DNA of 64,000 nucleotides from Candidatus Poribacteria bacterium (GTDB lineage: Bacteria; Poribacteria; WGA-4E; PCPOR2b), in the NCBI GenBank assembly GCA_965218095.1, contig OZ244587.1, forward strand, positions 3,680,001 to 3,744,000, read 5' to 3'. Within the stretch, counting starts at the first letter, position 1; each line of letters opens with the position of its first letter. Both the position numbers and the translations under genes were made by a program. The notes under the pieces are model-generated. The model made no database searches. It saw only the letters and a program-made list of their open reading frames with translations, and had not been told where the DNA came from. Below, piece after piece: positions 1 through 9,549 of the stretch.

Positions 1-162
1 GGTCGCGCCCAACCGTCCGACCATCGCTGTATCCACAAACATCATCGTTGTATGCGACGCCATCGTGATGACGACAGGATACGCTAACAGCCAGACCTCA
101 CGATAGCCACCGGGGACGGTTGTGTCTTCCTTTTTGCTTGGAATTTCTCCGTATTGTTGCAA
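1..162 (-). CDS. MATE family efflux transporter, N-terminal part (runs off window)
   Basis: Manual translation from TTG at 162 after an AGGAG RBS: ...GYREVWLLAYPVVITMASHTTMMFVDTAMVGRLGAT, a typical MATE N-terminus. Confidence 0.8.
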   Translation of the reverse strand, partial: MQQYGEIPSKKEDTTVPGGYREVWLLAYPVVITMASHTTMMFVDTAMVGRLGAT

Positions 163-181
163 TCACATCTCCTTGATTGAA

Positions 182-751
182 TCACCTCTTATCGCACCGG
201 TTTCGACGAAATCTGCGTCTCACTTGTTTACCGCCTCCTAGCTTGCCTCCACTTTTTTCAAACAAGCGAATCCACCCTTCCCCTTTGGGTGTCAATTTGT
301 AGTAAGTGTGGTTGCGGTGTTTGATCCATTTGCTTTTGACAATATTCTTGCGATACTGGATTATCCGCTTTTCAACACGCTCCAAGCCACTCAATTCCCT
401 CAATTTCCGATGGCGTTTGTGTATCTCCTCAAGCGAGATGCCAAGTGTTTCTGAGACAATGATCGAATAGTCTAGCCCAAACTCTTGGTGGTGCTTTAGA
501 ATCAAGTAATCCGTTTCAGCCAGTTGATCGAACGTCGGATCTTTCTCTTCCGGATCAGATTGTTCCTCCGTTGTTTGGAGCTCCTGCCAAGCCACATCAA
601 GAAGCCGTTCAACCCGCAGGTGTTGGGCGGAAGCACAATTGGATCTGTGGACGGCAATTGTGCCATCTTCCTTAAAGTAACCGATGATGTTATCCCCAAC
701 CTGTGGTGAACAGCATTTGGCAAGTTTGTAGGTGAGTTCTTGAGGCATCAT
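182..751 (-). CDS. Fusion of a RelA/SpoT RIS (zinc-finger)-like domain and a DUF2250-like winged-helix domain
   Basis: N-term LAKCCSP.GDNIIGY...IAVHRSNC matches the RelA/SpoT C-terminal CC/RIS motif; C-term KHRNHTYYKLT.KG resembles DUF2250. Confidence 0.65.
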   Translation of the reverse strand: MMPQELTYKLAKCCSPQVGDNIIGYFKEDGTIAVHRSNCASAQHLRVERLLDVAWQELQTTEEQSDPEEKDPTFDQLAETDYLILKHHQEFGLDYSIIVSETLGISLEEIHKRHRKLRELSGLERVEKRIIQYRKNIVKSKWIKHRNHTYYKLTPKGEGWIRLFEKSGGKLGGGKQVRRRFRRNRCDKR

Positions 752-910
752 TTTTCATCACATTTCACTGCCGGTAACGTTCAATCGCAAAAAAGAAACC
801 CTTTTGGGGTAAAGCAAGCGCCAATTGATTCATGGTATCATGTTCCTTGATGCAATTGTGAATTGTGTCGTGCGTCCTATCTGTGCAGGAAACCCTTTAC
901 GTTTCACGTT

Positions 911-1990
911 TCATGTCTTAATCGCGCCACAGTAGGCACAGGCAGGAAGTTGCGCAGTGCCGACGAATGTCTCTGTTTCAGGCTCCAGATAGCTCTCATG
1001 ATTGGTAACGCAGTTGGGGTTGTCACAGGGGCGTCGATCAAACACAATCTCCCTTGTGGGCGGCTGCGTTAAAACCAACTGTTCAAGCCCCAACAAACTC
1101 GCGACCAACGCCATCCGAATGGGGACGCCGTTCGCCGATTGTTCAAAATACGCCGCACGCGCATCTTCATCTAGTTCATAAGCTAACTCGTTGACACGTG
1201 GTAGTGGATGCATGATCATCGCGTCAGGTTTAGCATCCTCCATCACCGTAGCGTTCACCAGATAGCTTCCTCGCGCCGCTTCCGGATCGACTTCCGGCGG
1301 CAAACGTTCCTCCTGAAGCCGATTCACATAGATGACATCGAGTTCACCGATTACGTCGCCAAGTTGATTCACTTCGATCGGTTCTTGACCATACAGGTGT
1401 TTCAATCGAACAAGGGTCCATTTGGGCATCTGAAAACCATCAGGTGCAATATGAACTAATTTGCCGCCAAACCGTGCGACGCCGAGCGCAAGCGAATGGG
1501 CAGACCGACTGTATCGCAGGTCGCCGCAGATACCGACTGTTATGCCCTCTACCCGCCCTTTCCGCTGGATGATCGTGTAGAGATCTGTGAGCGTCTGTGT
1601 GGGGTGGCTATGGCTGCCATCGCCACCGTTGATAACGGGAACTTTGGAGTAGCGAGCCATGACACGCGCTGCGCCTGCCCAACCGTGACGGAGGACAATG
1701 AGATCTGCGTAGTTGGTGACCATGCGGGCGGTGTCGGCAATGGTTTCGCCCTTTGCCACAGAAGCCGCGTGGGGGTCTGCGAAGCCGAGGGCGCGTCCAT
1801 CAAGCCGTCCCATCGCACTTTCAAATGAAAGGCGTGTCCGCGTGCTCGGTTCGTAAAACAGCGTTGCTAACAGTTTGCCTTTGCAGAAACCTGACCATGT
1901 GGCAAGCTGCGTCCGCATCTGATCTGCGAGCCGAAAAACCTGTTCGATTTCAAAGTTTGATAAATCATCAAGTGTTATGAGATGTCTCAT
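911..1990 (-). CDS. pyrB: Aspartate carbamoyltransferase with fused C-terminal PyrI-type zinc-binding domain
   Basis: FYEPSTRTRLSFE, HPTQTLTDL and MHPLPR motifs; tail CDNPNCVTNHE...CAYCG. Confidence 0.95.
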   Translation of the reverse strand: MRHLITLDDLSNFEIEQVFRLADQMRTQLATWSGFCKGKLLATLFYEPSTRTRLSFESAMGRLDGRALGFADPHAASVAKGETIADTARMVTNYADLIVLRHGWAGAARVMARYSKVPVINGGDGSHSHPTQTLTDLYTIIQRKGRVEGITVGICGDLRYSRSAHSLALGVARFGGKLVHIAPDGFQMPKWTLVRLKHLYGQEPIEVNQLGDVIGELDVIYVNRLQEERLPPEVDPEAARGSYLVNATVMEDAKPDAMIMHPLPRVNELAYELDEDARAAYFEQSANGVPIRMALVASLLGLEQLVLTQPPTREIVFDRRPCDNPNCVTNHESYLEPETETFVGTAQLPACAYCGAIKT

Positions 1991-2039
1991 AGGCAGTCCT
2001 CACTGATGATATTGAATCGGTTTATAGGTTAGTAGAATA

Positions 2040-2087
2040 ACTCAAGTTGCCAGGTATTGAAAATCCATCGGTTTTCCGTTAAAGTTG
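2040..2087 (+). mobile_element. Degenerate left-end remnant of the IS982-family element
   Basis: actcaagttgc...ttgaaaatccatcggttttccgttaaagt closely matches the left end of the element at 8161. Confidence 0.7.
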
Positions 2088-2101
2088 AAGTGTTCTATCT
2101 T

Positions 2102-2229
2102 TCGCTCCAGAAGAGCGATATGTCTATAGAACGCCAATGCAGCCAATCCCCGCGCTCCAGAGGAGCGATATGTGTATAGCAAGGCATGTCTAACCCAAAT
2201 CTCTAAAGCCCCAGCGGGGCGACAGGTGT
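2102..2229. repeat. REP-like palindromic cluster (three units)
   Basis: cgctccagaagagcg, cgctccagaggagcg (both followed by atatgt.tatag) and gccccagcggggcg. Confidence 0.7.
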
Positions 2230-2278
2230 AATGCAGGGATGTGCCAGAATCGATTATAGTGCATCCCTGAAATATGGG

Positions 2279-3171
2279 TTACTGTTGCTTAACGTACTGC
2301 AAAGGGTATTTATTGAGGGACTTGATAATCTCCTTGTTTAGGTCATCGCTTGTCCATGAAAATCCGAATCTCCGGGCAACATCATCAGCTCTCCAATGCC
2401 AGACATAACCAATTTCCCCTATTTTAGGGGGAATACGTATTACAAACCCATTACCCTCATTATATTCTACAACGTCTGTAAATTTACGTCCACATACCTT
2501 GATTCTGAAGGAATCGTCTCGCATCCTTATAAGAATATCCCTAATTTCTTCTTCGCCGAACCGATTAAACTGTTTATCAAACCTTTCGCTGGATATCGGA
2601 TTATCGTTATAAAATATTGAAACAGTTTCATCCTCGTACATCTTCCGAATTTTCTTAATCAAACTACGTTGAATTGTATTTGCAACTTGTATATCATAAT
2701 CTACGCCAGCAGCATATTTGGATTCAGAAATTCTATAGAGTTTAGGGCGGGCATCCTCACCATTTTCTTTCCACCAGCTATTAGAGGTTTCGTTGGAACC
2801 AGCATATAGTGCATGTGTTCTGATTACCTCATACAATCTAGCATTGATACGATGTTTCTGGTTATCCCAATCCTTATGGTTGACGCAAAATCTCTCGCCT
2901 TCAAATCCATCATATCCCTCGTAGCTGACCGATACAATATCGCCCACCTCAACCCATCTTAGTTGTTCTTGAGGTATGCCATCTATATATTCTGACCATT
3001 TAGCGTTAACATCTAGTTTGACATTACATTTGAATCCGTATTCATTTGTGCTGTCAATCCCTTCTAACTCAATGGTGTGCACTTTGTGTATACTTGGATA
3101 CTTTTCATCTCTCTCATTATCATGAATAATGTATACAACAGTCCCGGTAATGATAATGTTATTATTTTTAT
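2279..3171 (-). pseudogene. 3' part of an AT-rich secreted hypothetical gene interrupted by the IS pair
   Basis: The ORF's apparent start MHTP comes from the IS end; the frame joins the 5' part at 5394-5594 once the insertion is removed. Confidence 0.85.
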
Positions 3172-4280
3172 GAGGGGTGTGCATAGTAGTTCATTGGAAA
3201 ACAGCCGCCATATGAGAGATATTGCGAGCAGGTAACTTCCATATGGCATTGGCAATCATAGCCACTTGCACTGATAACACCCCGATAGCTAAACAACAGC
3301 GTACATTGAAAAACCCCTTGACCGGTAACTGCTTCTGTTGAGGAGTGGTGCCTATCACTTTAGCAATCAAGTCAAACAACGGTTCAACCGAACTGCGACG
3401 TTTGCTTAAACAGAGACGCTGCTTGGGTTGGTTGATAAATCGATGATACGCCTTGGCAAACCGTCCCTTTGTCCATCTAAGTGCCGGGGTAATCAAAGCG
3501 ACTTGTGCCTTCGCCCAACGACGGATACGGTCTGCTTGGGTATAGGCATCATCGGCAGTGAGTGTCTGCGGTGAAAGTTGTGTCAGAATCTCAGACGCTT
3601 TAGCATCTATCGCCCAACTTTCGGAGACCGACGCACGGTGCACAGTTATCAGTGTTGGGAACGCACCTTGTGTGCAGATAATGTGAAGTCCGTAGCCATA
3701 GACCCAGCCATGATAACCACTCTTGCTCCACGTGGCATCGGTGTCGAGGTTGCGTAGATGTTTAGGTACTTTTCCTGCTTTGCGGTCAGTTTGATGCCAG
3801 ACGGGTCCTCGTGCCTTAAATAAACTTTTGTCGGCTACCAGATGAGCCAAGTTGAATTGTTGGGACAAGTCAGTGGCATACTGACCGATAAACAATACAA
3901 ATGCCTCTATCACTTCATATAATGCCTTATAGCGACGTGCAATCGTGGTTCGATGAGGGGGCTGTTGCCACCCCAGCATTTGTAACACTTCTGGGTGATT
4001 GATTAGCCACCGCCATTGCGTTTTGAAGCCATAGATGCCGTGAAACTGCATCAACATGAAGAAAATGATAAACGAGGTGGTTGAATATGTCAATGGTTTT
4101 GCGTGTGTGACACCTGGTTTGTCAATACGGTGTTGCATAAACTGCTCAAAGAGTTGCATAATAAGAGTGACATAATCAGCCAACATTGGTCTTTGTACCA
4201 TATTGGGGCTCCTTTTGCTATGATAACAATAGGAAACCCTTTTGGCTTGATTATGTCAACTATATTTATGCACACCCCTC
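3172..4280 (-). mobile_element. IS element A (DDE transposase, IS4/IS5/IS982-like superfamily, family uncertain), copy 1, 1109 bp
   Basis: Terminal IRs GAGGGGTGTGCATA / TATGCACACCCCTC; same-length copy at 10981-12089. Confidence 0.95.
3191..4201 (-). CDS. DDE transposase of IS element A
   Basis: ADKS...DTDATWSKSGYHGWVYGYGLH...ADDAY...RSSVEPLF. Confidence 0.9.
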   Translation of the reverse strand: MVQRPMLADYVTLIMQLFEQFMQHRIDKPGVTHAKPLTYSTTSFIIFFMLMQFHGIYGFKTQWRWLINHPEVLQMLGWQQPPHRTTIARRYKALYEVIEAFVLFIGQYATDLSQQFNLAHLVADKSLFKARGPVWHQTDRKAGKVPKHLRNLDTDATWSKSGYHGWVYGYGLHIICTQGAFPTLITVHRASVSESWAIDAKASEILTQLSPQTLTADDAYTQADRIRRWAKAQVALITPALRWTKGRFAKAYHRFINQPKQRLCLSKRRSSVEPLFDLIAKVIGTTPQQKQLPVKGFFNVRCCLAIGVLSVQVAMIANAIWKLPARNISHMAAVFQ

Positions 4281-4288
4281 ACTTAACT

Positions 4289-5393
4289 GAGGGGTGCTCA
4301 TAAGTAGACTTGAGTCAGGATAACGGTTATAATCTAATCTAACGTGCAAGAAAGAGAGGATTATAACATGGGTTATCCTGACAGTACGTATTATATCACA
4401 TTTTTGTTTGAACAACTTGACCATTTCAACGCTTCCAGCCATGCACCGCCACCTGAGAGCCATGGACGTCCGAAATCGTATACAGACGACTGCTTGATTG
4501 TCCTTTTTGCCATCTTAACGCTCAAAGGCCTCCATCGCTTTAAGGCACAACACAGATGGCTCAAGCTACACCCGCAGTGGCTGTGTCGTCTTAAACTGGC
4601 ATGTGTTCCGTCTCGGGCAACCCTTTGCCGACGCTACAAACAACTCGCTTGCCAGCTAGAGGCGTTCATCGGGTATCTCGGTGATGTGGGAATGACTTTG
4701 ATACCTGACTCACCTCCAGAGGTGGTTTACCAAGACAAAAGTCTGTTTAAGGCAAAAGGAAGCGTCTGGCATCAGAAGGATAGAAATGCCAATCGCATCC
4801 CAACTGGCATCCGTGCCATTGACACAGACGCTAGTTGGTCAAAGAGTCACTATCACGGTTGGGTTTACGGCTATGGGCTTCATCTGACCGTCTCTATAGA
4901 GGGATTGCCTCGTATGAGTGCCATTGACACCGCGTGTGTGAGTGAAAAAGCCGTCCTTGACCGACAACTCGACACACTGCTTGAACAGAACATCGGGTAT
5001 TTAGTCGCTGATGCCGGCTATACCGACTTGAAACGTACCCAACACTTGGCGAACCAGGGACTGTTGCTAATCACTCCCGTCAGAGGCGCAAAGAGTCAGC
5101 GGGCACGGCGTTATGTTGAAGCGGTGAATCAATCGGCGCAGTTGCAGACCTATCAACACAAGCGCAAGGTTGCTATTGAACCTATCTTTGGATTGTTGAG
5201 CCAATTACTATCGACCCATACCAATCATAAGCAATTGCCGGTGAGTCGAAAAGCGAATGTCTCTACCTTTTTGATGCTGGGGGTGGTTTTACTGCAACTG
5301 GCTATGTTAGTCAATTCTATTTGGGGAAGACCCCTGAGAAATGTAACACATCTGATTACACTCTTTCGATAAGGGGACTTATGCACACCCCTC
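4289..5393 (+). mobile_element. IS element B (diverged relative of element A), 1105 bp
   Basis: IRs GAGGGGTGCTCATAAGT / ACTTATGCACACCCCTC enclosing a homologous transposase. Confidence 0.9.
4368..5372 (+). CDS. DDE transposase of IS element B
   Basis: DTDASWSKSHYHGWVYGYGLH, ADAGY, IEPIF; ATG at 4368 follows AGAGGA. Confidence 0.9.
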   Translation: MGYPDSTYYITFLFEQLDHFNASSHAPPPESHGRPKSYTDDCLIVLFAILTLKGLHRFKAQHRWLKLHPQWLCRLKLACVPSRATLCRRYKQLACQLEAFIGYLGDVGMTLIPDSPPEVVYQDKSLFKAKGSVWHQKDRNANRIPTGIRAIDTDASWSKSHYHGWVYGYGLHLTVSIEGLPRMSAIDTACVSEKAVLDRQLDTLLEQNIGYLVADAGYTDLKRTQHLANQGLLLITPVRGAKSQRARRYVEAVNQSAQLQTYQHKRKVAIEPIFGLLSQLLSTHTNHKQLPVSRKANVSTFLMLGVVLLQLAMLVNSIWGRPLRNVTHLITLFR

Positions 5394-5594
5394 ATTTTTA
5401 TGGAATGATTTATATTTTTCATATAAATCATTCCAATCTTTATCATTCCATAAGGGTGCCCGATGTCCCAAAAATGGCTCCCATTTTCGAGAGTACTCCT
5501 CTGCTGACATAGCTACTGTCCCTATTAGGGCAGAGTACGCTGAAGGTACTAAACAGATGATAGTTAACACCAAGAATATCAACAAGGATCTCAT
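5394..5594 (-). pseudogene. 5' part (signal peptide) of the IS-interrupted hypothetical gene
   Basis: MRSLLIFLVLTIICLVPSAYSA signal peptide; reads ...SFHK into the IS end. Confidence 0.85.
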
Positions 5595-5664
5595 TATTTC
5601 AATCCCATTCCTTATACGCAGGGTGGCCTGTAGGAGGCTGTTCCTTCAGTTATTTCAATACCCT

Positions 5665-6588
5665 TTACGTTTCCAGACTGCCCATCAATTCTGCGATTGA
5701 ACACATCCCATGCCGCTCGAGATATTCTTCGATACCATCAACTACATCCAAGGAGGCGCGTGGATTGATGAAATTTGCCGTCCCGACTGCAACGGCGGCT
5801 GCTCCCGCGATGCAAAACTCAATAGCGTCATCGCTGGTCATGATGCCGCCCATGCCGATAATTGGAATGCTGACAGCATTGTAGACCTGCCAGACCATAC
5901 GCAGTGCGATTGGCTTAATTGCGGGTCCCGACAGTCCTCCCGTAACGTTGGCGAGCTGCGGACGATGGGTGTTGATGTCAATTGCCATTCCAAGAGCGGT
6001 ATTGATTACGGAAAGCCCATCGGCACCGGCACCCTCTGCAGCGCGGGCAATAACGGTAATATCTGTGACATTTGGTGAGAGTTTGACAAGGAGCGGTAGA
6101 GTTGTCTTCTCCCTAACGCCTTTAACGAGTTCATCAGTCAACTTTGGGTTAACACCAAAACTCATCCCACCACAATGCAGGTTTGGGCAGGAGATGTTGA
6201 GTTCGATTGCCGCAACCCCATCGGCAGCGTCCAACTTCTCCGTGACCTCCAAATATTCTTCCACCTGCTCGCCGCAGATGTTCACAATTACGGGTACATC
6301 AAAGTTGCGGAGGTAAGGCAGCTTTTTATCGATGAACCCATCCACGCCAACGTTTTGCAACCCGATTGCGTTGAGCATCCCCGACGGCGTCTCAAAGATT
6401 CGTGGCATCGAATTTCCCGCCCACGGCACACTTGTGATACCTTTGACAACGATCGCGCCAAGCTGATTCAGGTCAATGAAGTCCACGTACTCGCTGCCGT
6501 AGCCAAAAGTCCCCGATGCCGTCATGACAGGGTTTTTCATCTGGATACCGGCGACCTCAACTTCAAGCGAAGGGTGAATGCCACTCAT
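5665..6588 (-). CDS. pyrD: Dihydroorotate dehydrogenase, type 1B catalytic subunit
   Basis: [38 protein letters not shown]. Confidence 0.95.
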   Translation of the reverse strand: MSGIHPSLEVEVAGIQMKNPVMTASGTFGYGSEYVDFIDLNQLGAIVVKGITSVPWAGNSMPRIFETPSGMLNAIGLQNVGVDGFIDKKLPYLRNFDVPVIVNICGEQVEEYLEVTEKLDAADGVAAIELNISCPNLHCGGMSFGVNPKLTDELVKGVREKTTLPLLVKLSPNVTDITVIARAAEGAGADGLSVINTALGMAIDINTHRPQLANVTGGLSGPAIKPIALRMVWQVYNAVSIPIIGMGGIMTSDDAIEFCIAGAAAVAVGTANFINPRASLDVVDGIEEYLERHGMCSIAELMGSLET

Positions 6589-6598
6589 TTTTTCTTCC

Positions 6599-6940
6599 TC
6601 ACTCCGTATACAACGCGTCCGTTTTTGCCGCCATAATGAAGTCGTTCCGATGCAGCCCTCTGATTTTGTGCGTCCACCATGTGACAGTCACTCTACCCCA
6701 TTCGGTCAAGAGCGCGGGATGGTGGCCTTCCTCTTCCGCCAACTCTCCCACACGATTTGTGAATGCCAATGCCTGTGCAAAACCATCAAACCGGAAAAGA
6801 CGTTCCAGCCGCTTGATCTCATCACGCTCAATCAGTTCCCAGTCGGAAACTTGCGGGTGATATTCCGCAATCTCTGTGTCAGTAACCTTCGGTGCGTCCC
6901 GACGACAGGCAACGCATTTCATTACTGTTAATGCTTCCAT
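6599..6940 (-). CDS. phhB: Pterin-4a-carbinolamine dehydratase
   Basis: EGHHP...[18 protein letters not shown]. Confidence 0.9.
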   Translation of the reverse strand: MEALTVMKCVACRRDAPKVTDTEIAEYHPQVSDWELIERDEIKRLERLFRFDGFAQALAFTNRVGELAEEEGHHPALLTEWGRVTVTWWTHKIRGLHRNDFIMAAKTDALYTE

Positions 6941-6982
6941 TGTTGATCTCCTTCAAAGCATATACGTTTTGCGCATTACGTT

Positions 6983-7837
6983 TTACCAAACAATATCTCC
7001 AGCATTAAACACGGGCCCCTCCGTACAAACCCGCTGATACTCAAATCCACCTCCCGGTGTGTGCACCTTGCAGACGCAACCGAGACAGACCCCCATCGCA
7101 CACCCCATCCGATTCTCCATCGCCAATTGCGTGGGGATGCGATAATCCAGCGCAATCTTCGTCACGGCGCGCAGCATGCCGGTGGGACCACAGGCGTAGA
7201 TAACCGGATTGTGCAGTTCGTAAGTCCCGCTTCGCGGAATTCTCGGTGAAACCGGGACCCGTAGCTGTTCCAGAATTTGCGTGAGAACCTCTGTAACAAA
7301 TCCGTGATGCCCAACGCTGCCGTCATCGGTGGCAATGTACGTTTCAACGCCGATTTCCTTCAAATCGCTCACACTCAACAAGCGTGCACGATTCATCGAT
7401 CCGACTAAGCCGAGTGTGCGTACGCCTGCATGTCGTAACGCAGTGGCAAGTAGCATCAGCGATGCAATTCCTGCCCCACCGCCAACGATAATTGCGGGAT
7501 CTAGATCTGATGAAATGTCGAAGGTATTACCAAGTGGCCCAAGCACACGAAGCTGATCGCCGGTCTGTAGATGCGACAGCACCGCTGTCCCTTCTCCGAT
7601 GATCTGATAGAGCATAGTGATCTGATCATCGTCAACAGTGTAGACTGTGAATGGGCGACGCAAGAGCAGTCCATTTCCTTGTGAAATCAGAAGGTGGATG
7701 AACTGACCGGGCAGTGCGCTTGCGGCAATCTCTGGGCACGTGCAACGCAACAGATAGTGCCCCTGGGCAACCTGTTCGTTGGAGATGATTTGTGTGAAAA
7801 GGTCGAACTTCGTAGGGGAGGAGATATAAATTTGCAT
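6983..7837 (-). CDS. pyrK: Dihydroorotate dehydrogenase electron transfer subunit
   Basis: LRRPF, GPLGN, ACGP, MGCAMGVCLGC...VCTEGPVF [2Fe-2S] motif; same cluster as pyrD. Confidence 0.92.
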   Translation of the reverse strand: MQIYISSPTKFDLFTQIISNEQVAQGHYLLRCTCPEIAASALPGQFIHLLISQGNGLLLRRPFTVYTVDDDQITMLYQIIGEGTAVLSHLQTGDQLRVLGPLGNTFDISSDLDPAIIVGGGAGIASLMLLATALRHAGVRTLGLVGSMNRARLLSVSDLKEIGVETYIATDDGSVGHHGFVTEVLTQILEQLRVPVSPRIPRSGTYELHNPVIYACGPTGMLRAVTKIALDYRIPTQLAMENRMGCAMGVCLGCVCKVHTPGGGFEYQRVCTEGPVFNAGDIVW

Positions 7838-7994
7838 ACGCTATTATTCTGTAGAAGTAGCCAACGCGCTACCGCCAGGCCTGTGTATTCATCGACCAGG
7901 AAGCGCATTTATGTTACCTCTACTGCTAACGGCATAAAGGCAGTGTCTTCCAGGGATTTGGAGGCATATAGCAAACGCGTCTGAATGTCTTCCT
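7838..7994 (-). pseudogene. Remnant DUF433 antitoxin C-terminus plus DUF5615 (PIN-like) toxin N-terminus
   Basis: KEDIQTRLLYASKSLEDTAFMPLAVEVT* directly followed by MRFLVDEYTGLAVARWL, which then degenerates. Confidence 0.65.
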
Positions 7995-8107
7995 TAGGAC
8001 TTATGCAACCGATGTACAGAACCTGCGATTTCACGGTATCCTGAATCCGAGACAAGGTGCACAGGAGGTTGAGGGCATAATCAGACGGTTCAATTGCGTA
8101 AGTCCTG
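7995..8107. mobile_element. MITE-like element with AGGACTTA(C/T)GCA inverted ends
   Basis: taggacttatgca ... tgcgtaagtcctg; abuts and truncates the DUF433 remnant. Confidence 0.75.
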
Positions 8108-8160
8108 TATGATTAACCTACGCCATTTACTAGCGTGAAAAGTTTCAACTGGTTCTACTA

Positions 8161-9062
8161 ACCCAAGTTGCTAGTAATTGAAAATCCATGGGTTTTCCGT
8201 TAAAGTAGAGGTAATCCAAACCATAATACCTCAAAGGAGAAACCCATGGACATACAAATTGCAACCATTTTCTATCTCTGTGACAAGCTCTTAGAAGCAC
8301 TCAACTCAAAACCACACCCACAAACGCAGATGTCTGATGCCGAAGTCATGACCACCGGCATCGTCGCTGCGTTGTTCTTCGGGGCAAACTTGCAAACCAC
8401 TTGTGACTTTCTAAAGACTCATGGCTATATACCCAAGATGCTTTCAAAAAGTCGATTAAACCGATGTTCACCACATTGTTCAAAATCTTGGGACGAAGCT
8501 ATGTGCAACTTAATCAACAGAAAATCTATGCACTGGATACCATACCAATTGCTGTTTGTTCCGCATTCGTCGGTCAAAAATCTACACCGATAAGGCATAT
8601 CGAGGCTATCAAGCGTCCAAACGTCGGTATTTCTATGGCTTGAAAGTTCATCTGCTAGTGACTGCGAGTCGACACCCTGTTGAATTTTTTGTGACCCCAG
8701 CCAGTACAGGGGACGTTGAAGGGTTACAGTGGTTTGACTTCGACTTGCCACCGGGCTATGGTGACAAAGCATACAATAATTATGAGATAGAAGATATTGT
8801 TACATCGGTCGGAGTCGAATTAAAGCCAGTACGCAAGAAGAATTCCAAGCGGCTGTATCCACCATGGGAGACCTACTTGGCTAATTACCATCGTAAGTCT
8901 GTTGAGATGGCTGGCAGTTTGATTAACAAACTGCTTCCACGTTCAATCCATGCAGTAACGCGACACGGATTTGAATTGAAAGTGGTCTTGTTTGTATTGG
9001 CTAGCAGTATCAATCAGCTCTGAGTTCACTCACATATTCGATGAATAGGTCGCAACTTGGGT
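8161..9062 (+). mobile_element. IS982-family element
   Basis: IRs ACCCAAGTTGC / GCAACTTGGGT; 8-bp direct repeat TTCTACTA at 8153-8160 and 9063-9070. Confidence 0.92.
8246..9023 (+). pseudogene. IS982-family transposase, frameshifted
   Basis: MSDAEVMT in one frame; RYFYGLKVH and GDKAY in another. Confidence 0.88.
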
Positions 9063-9549
9063 TTCTACTATAAAAACTGTTGATAATTTTACCCTGTTTT
9101 GGGGGGAAACGCAACCATTTTCCCTGAAACCCGGAACGGGTGTATGGAAATTCTTTAAAAACTGTAGCCGCCTTCTGCAGATTGGCGCAGAAGAGATTGA
9201 GTTACTCGCTCCAATGTGTGACGGAAGAGTTGTCCATTTTCCTTATGGCCGTCAAATCATTCTAAATTTTTCCAATCTGGTAGGTTGTTCCTCGAAGAGC
9301 TACCGTACCGTTGTCGTTGATAAGAAATAGAACGATCAGTCAGGAATATGGATGCTGATGGTTACTCAACCCAAAGGTGAGAAAACCAGTCTCCGTCAGT
9401 TTGGCCAATATGAGGTGATTTTCCAGGTATTTGCACAAGTTTACAATTCGGCCAAAGACTAGGATCGGAATCGCGTCATAAGTGCCACCGTCACGTCGAA
9501 GGCAACCACCTGAACCCCACTAGCCAATTGTTTACTCCTACCATTTACT

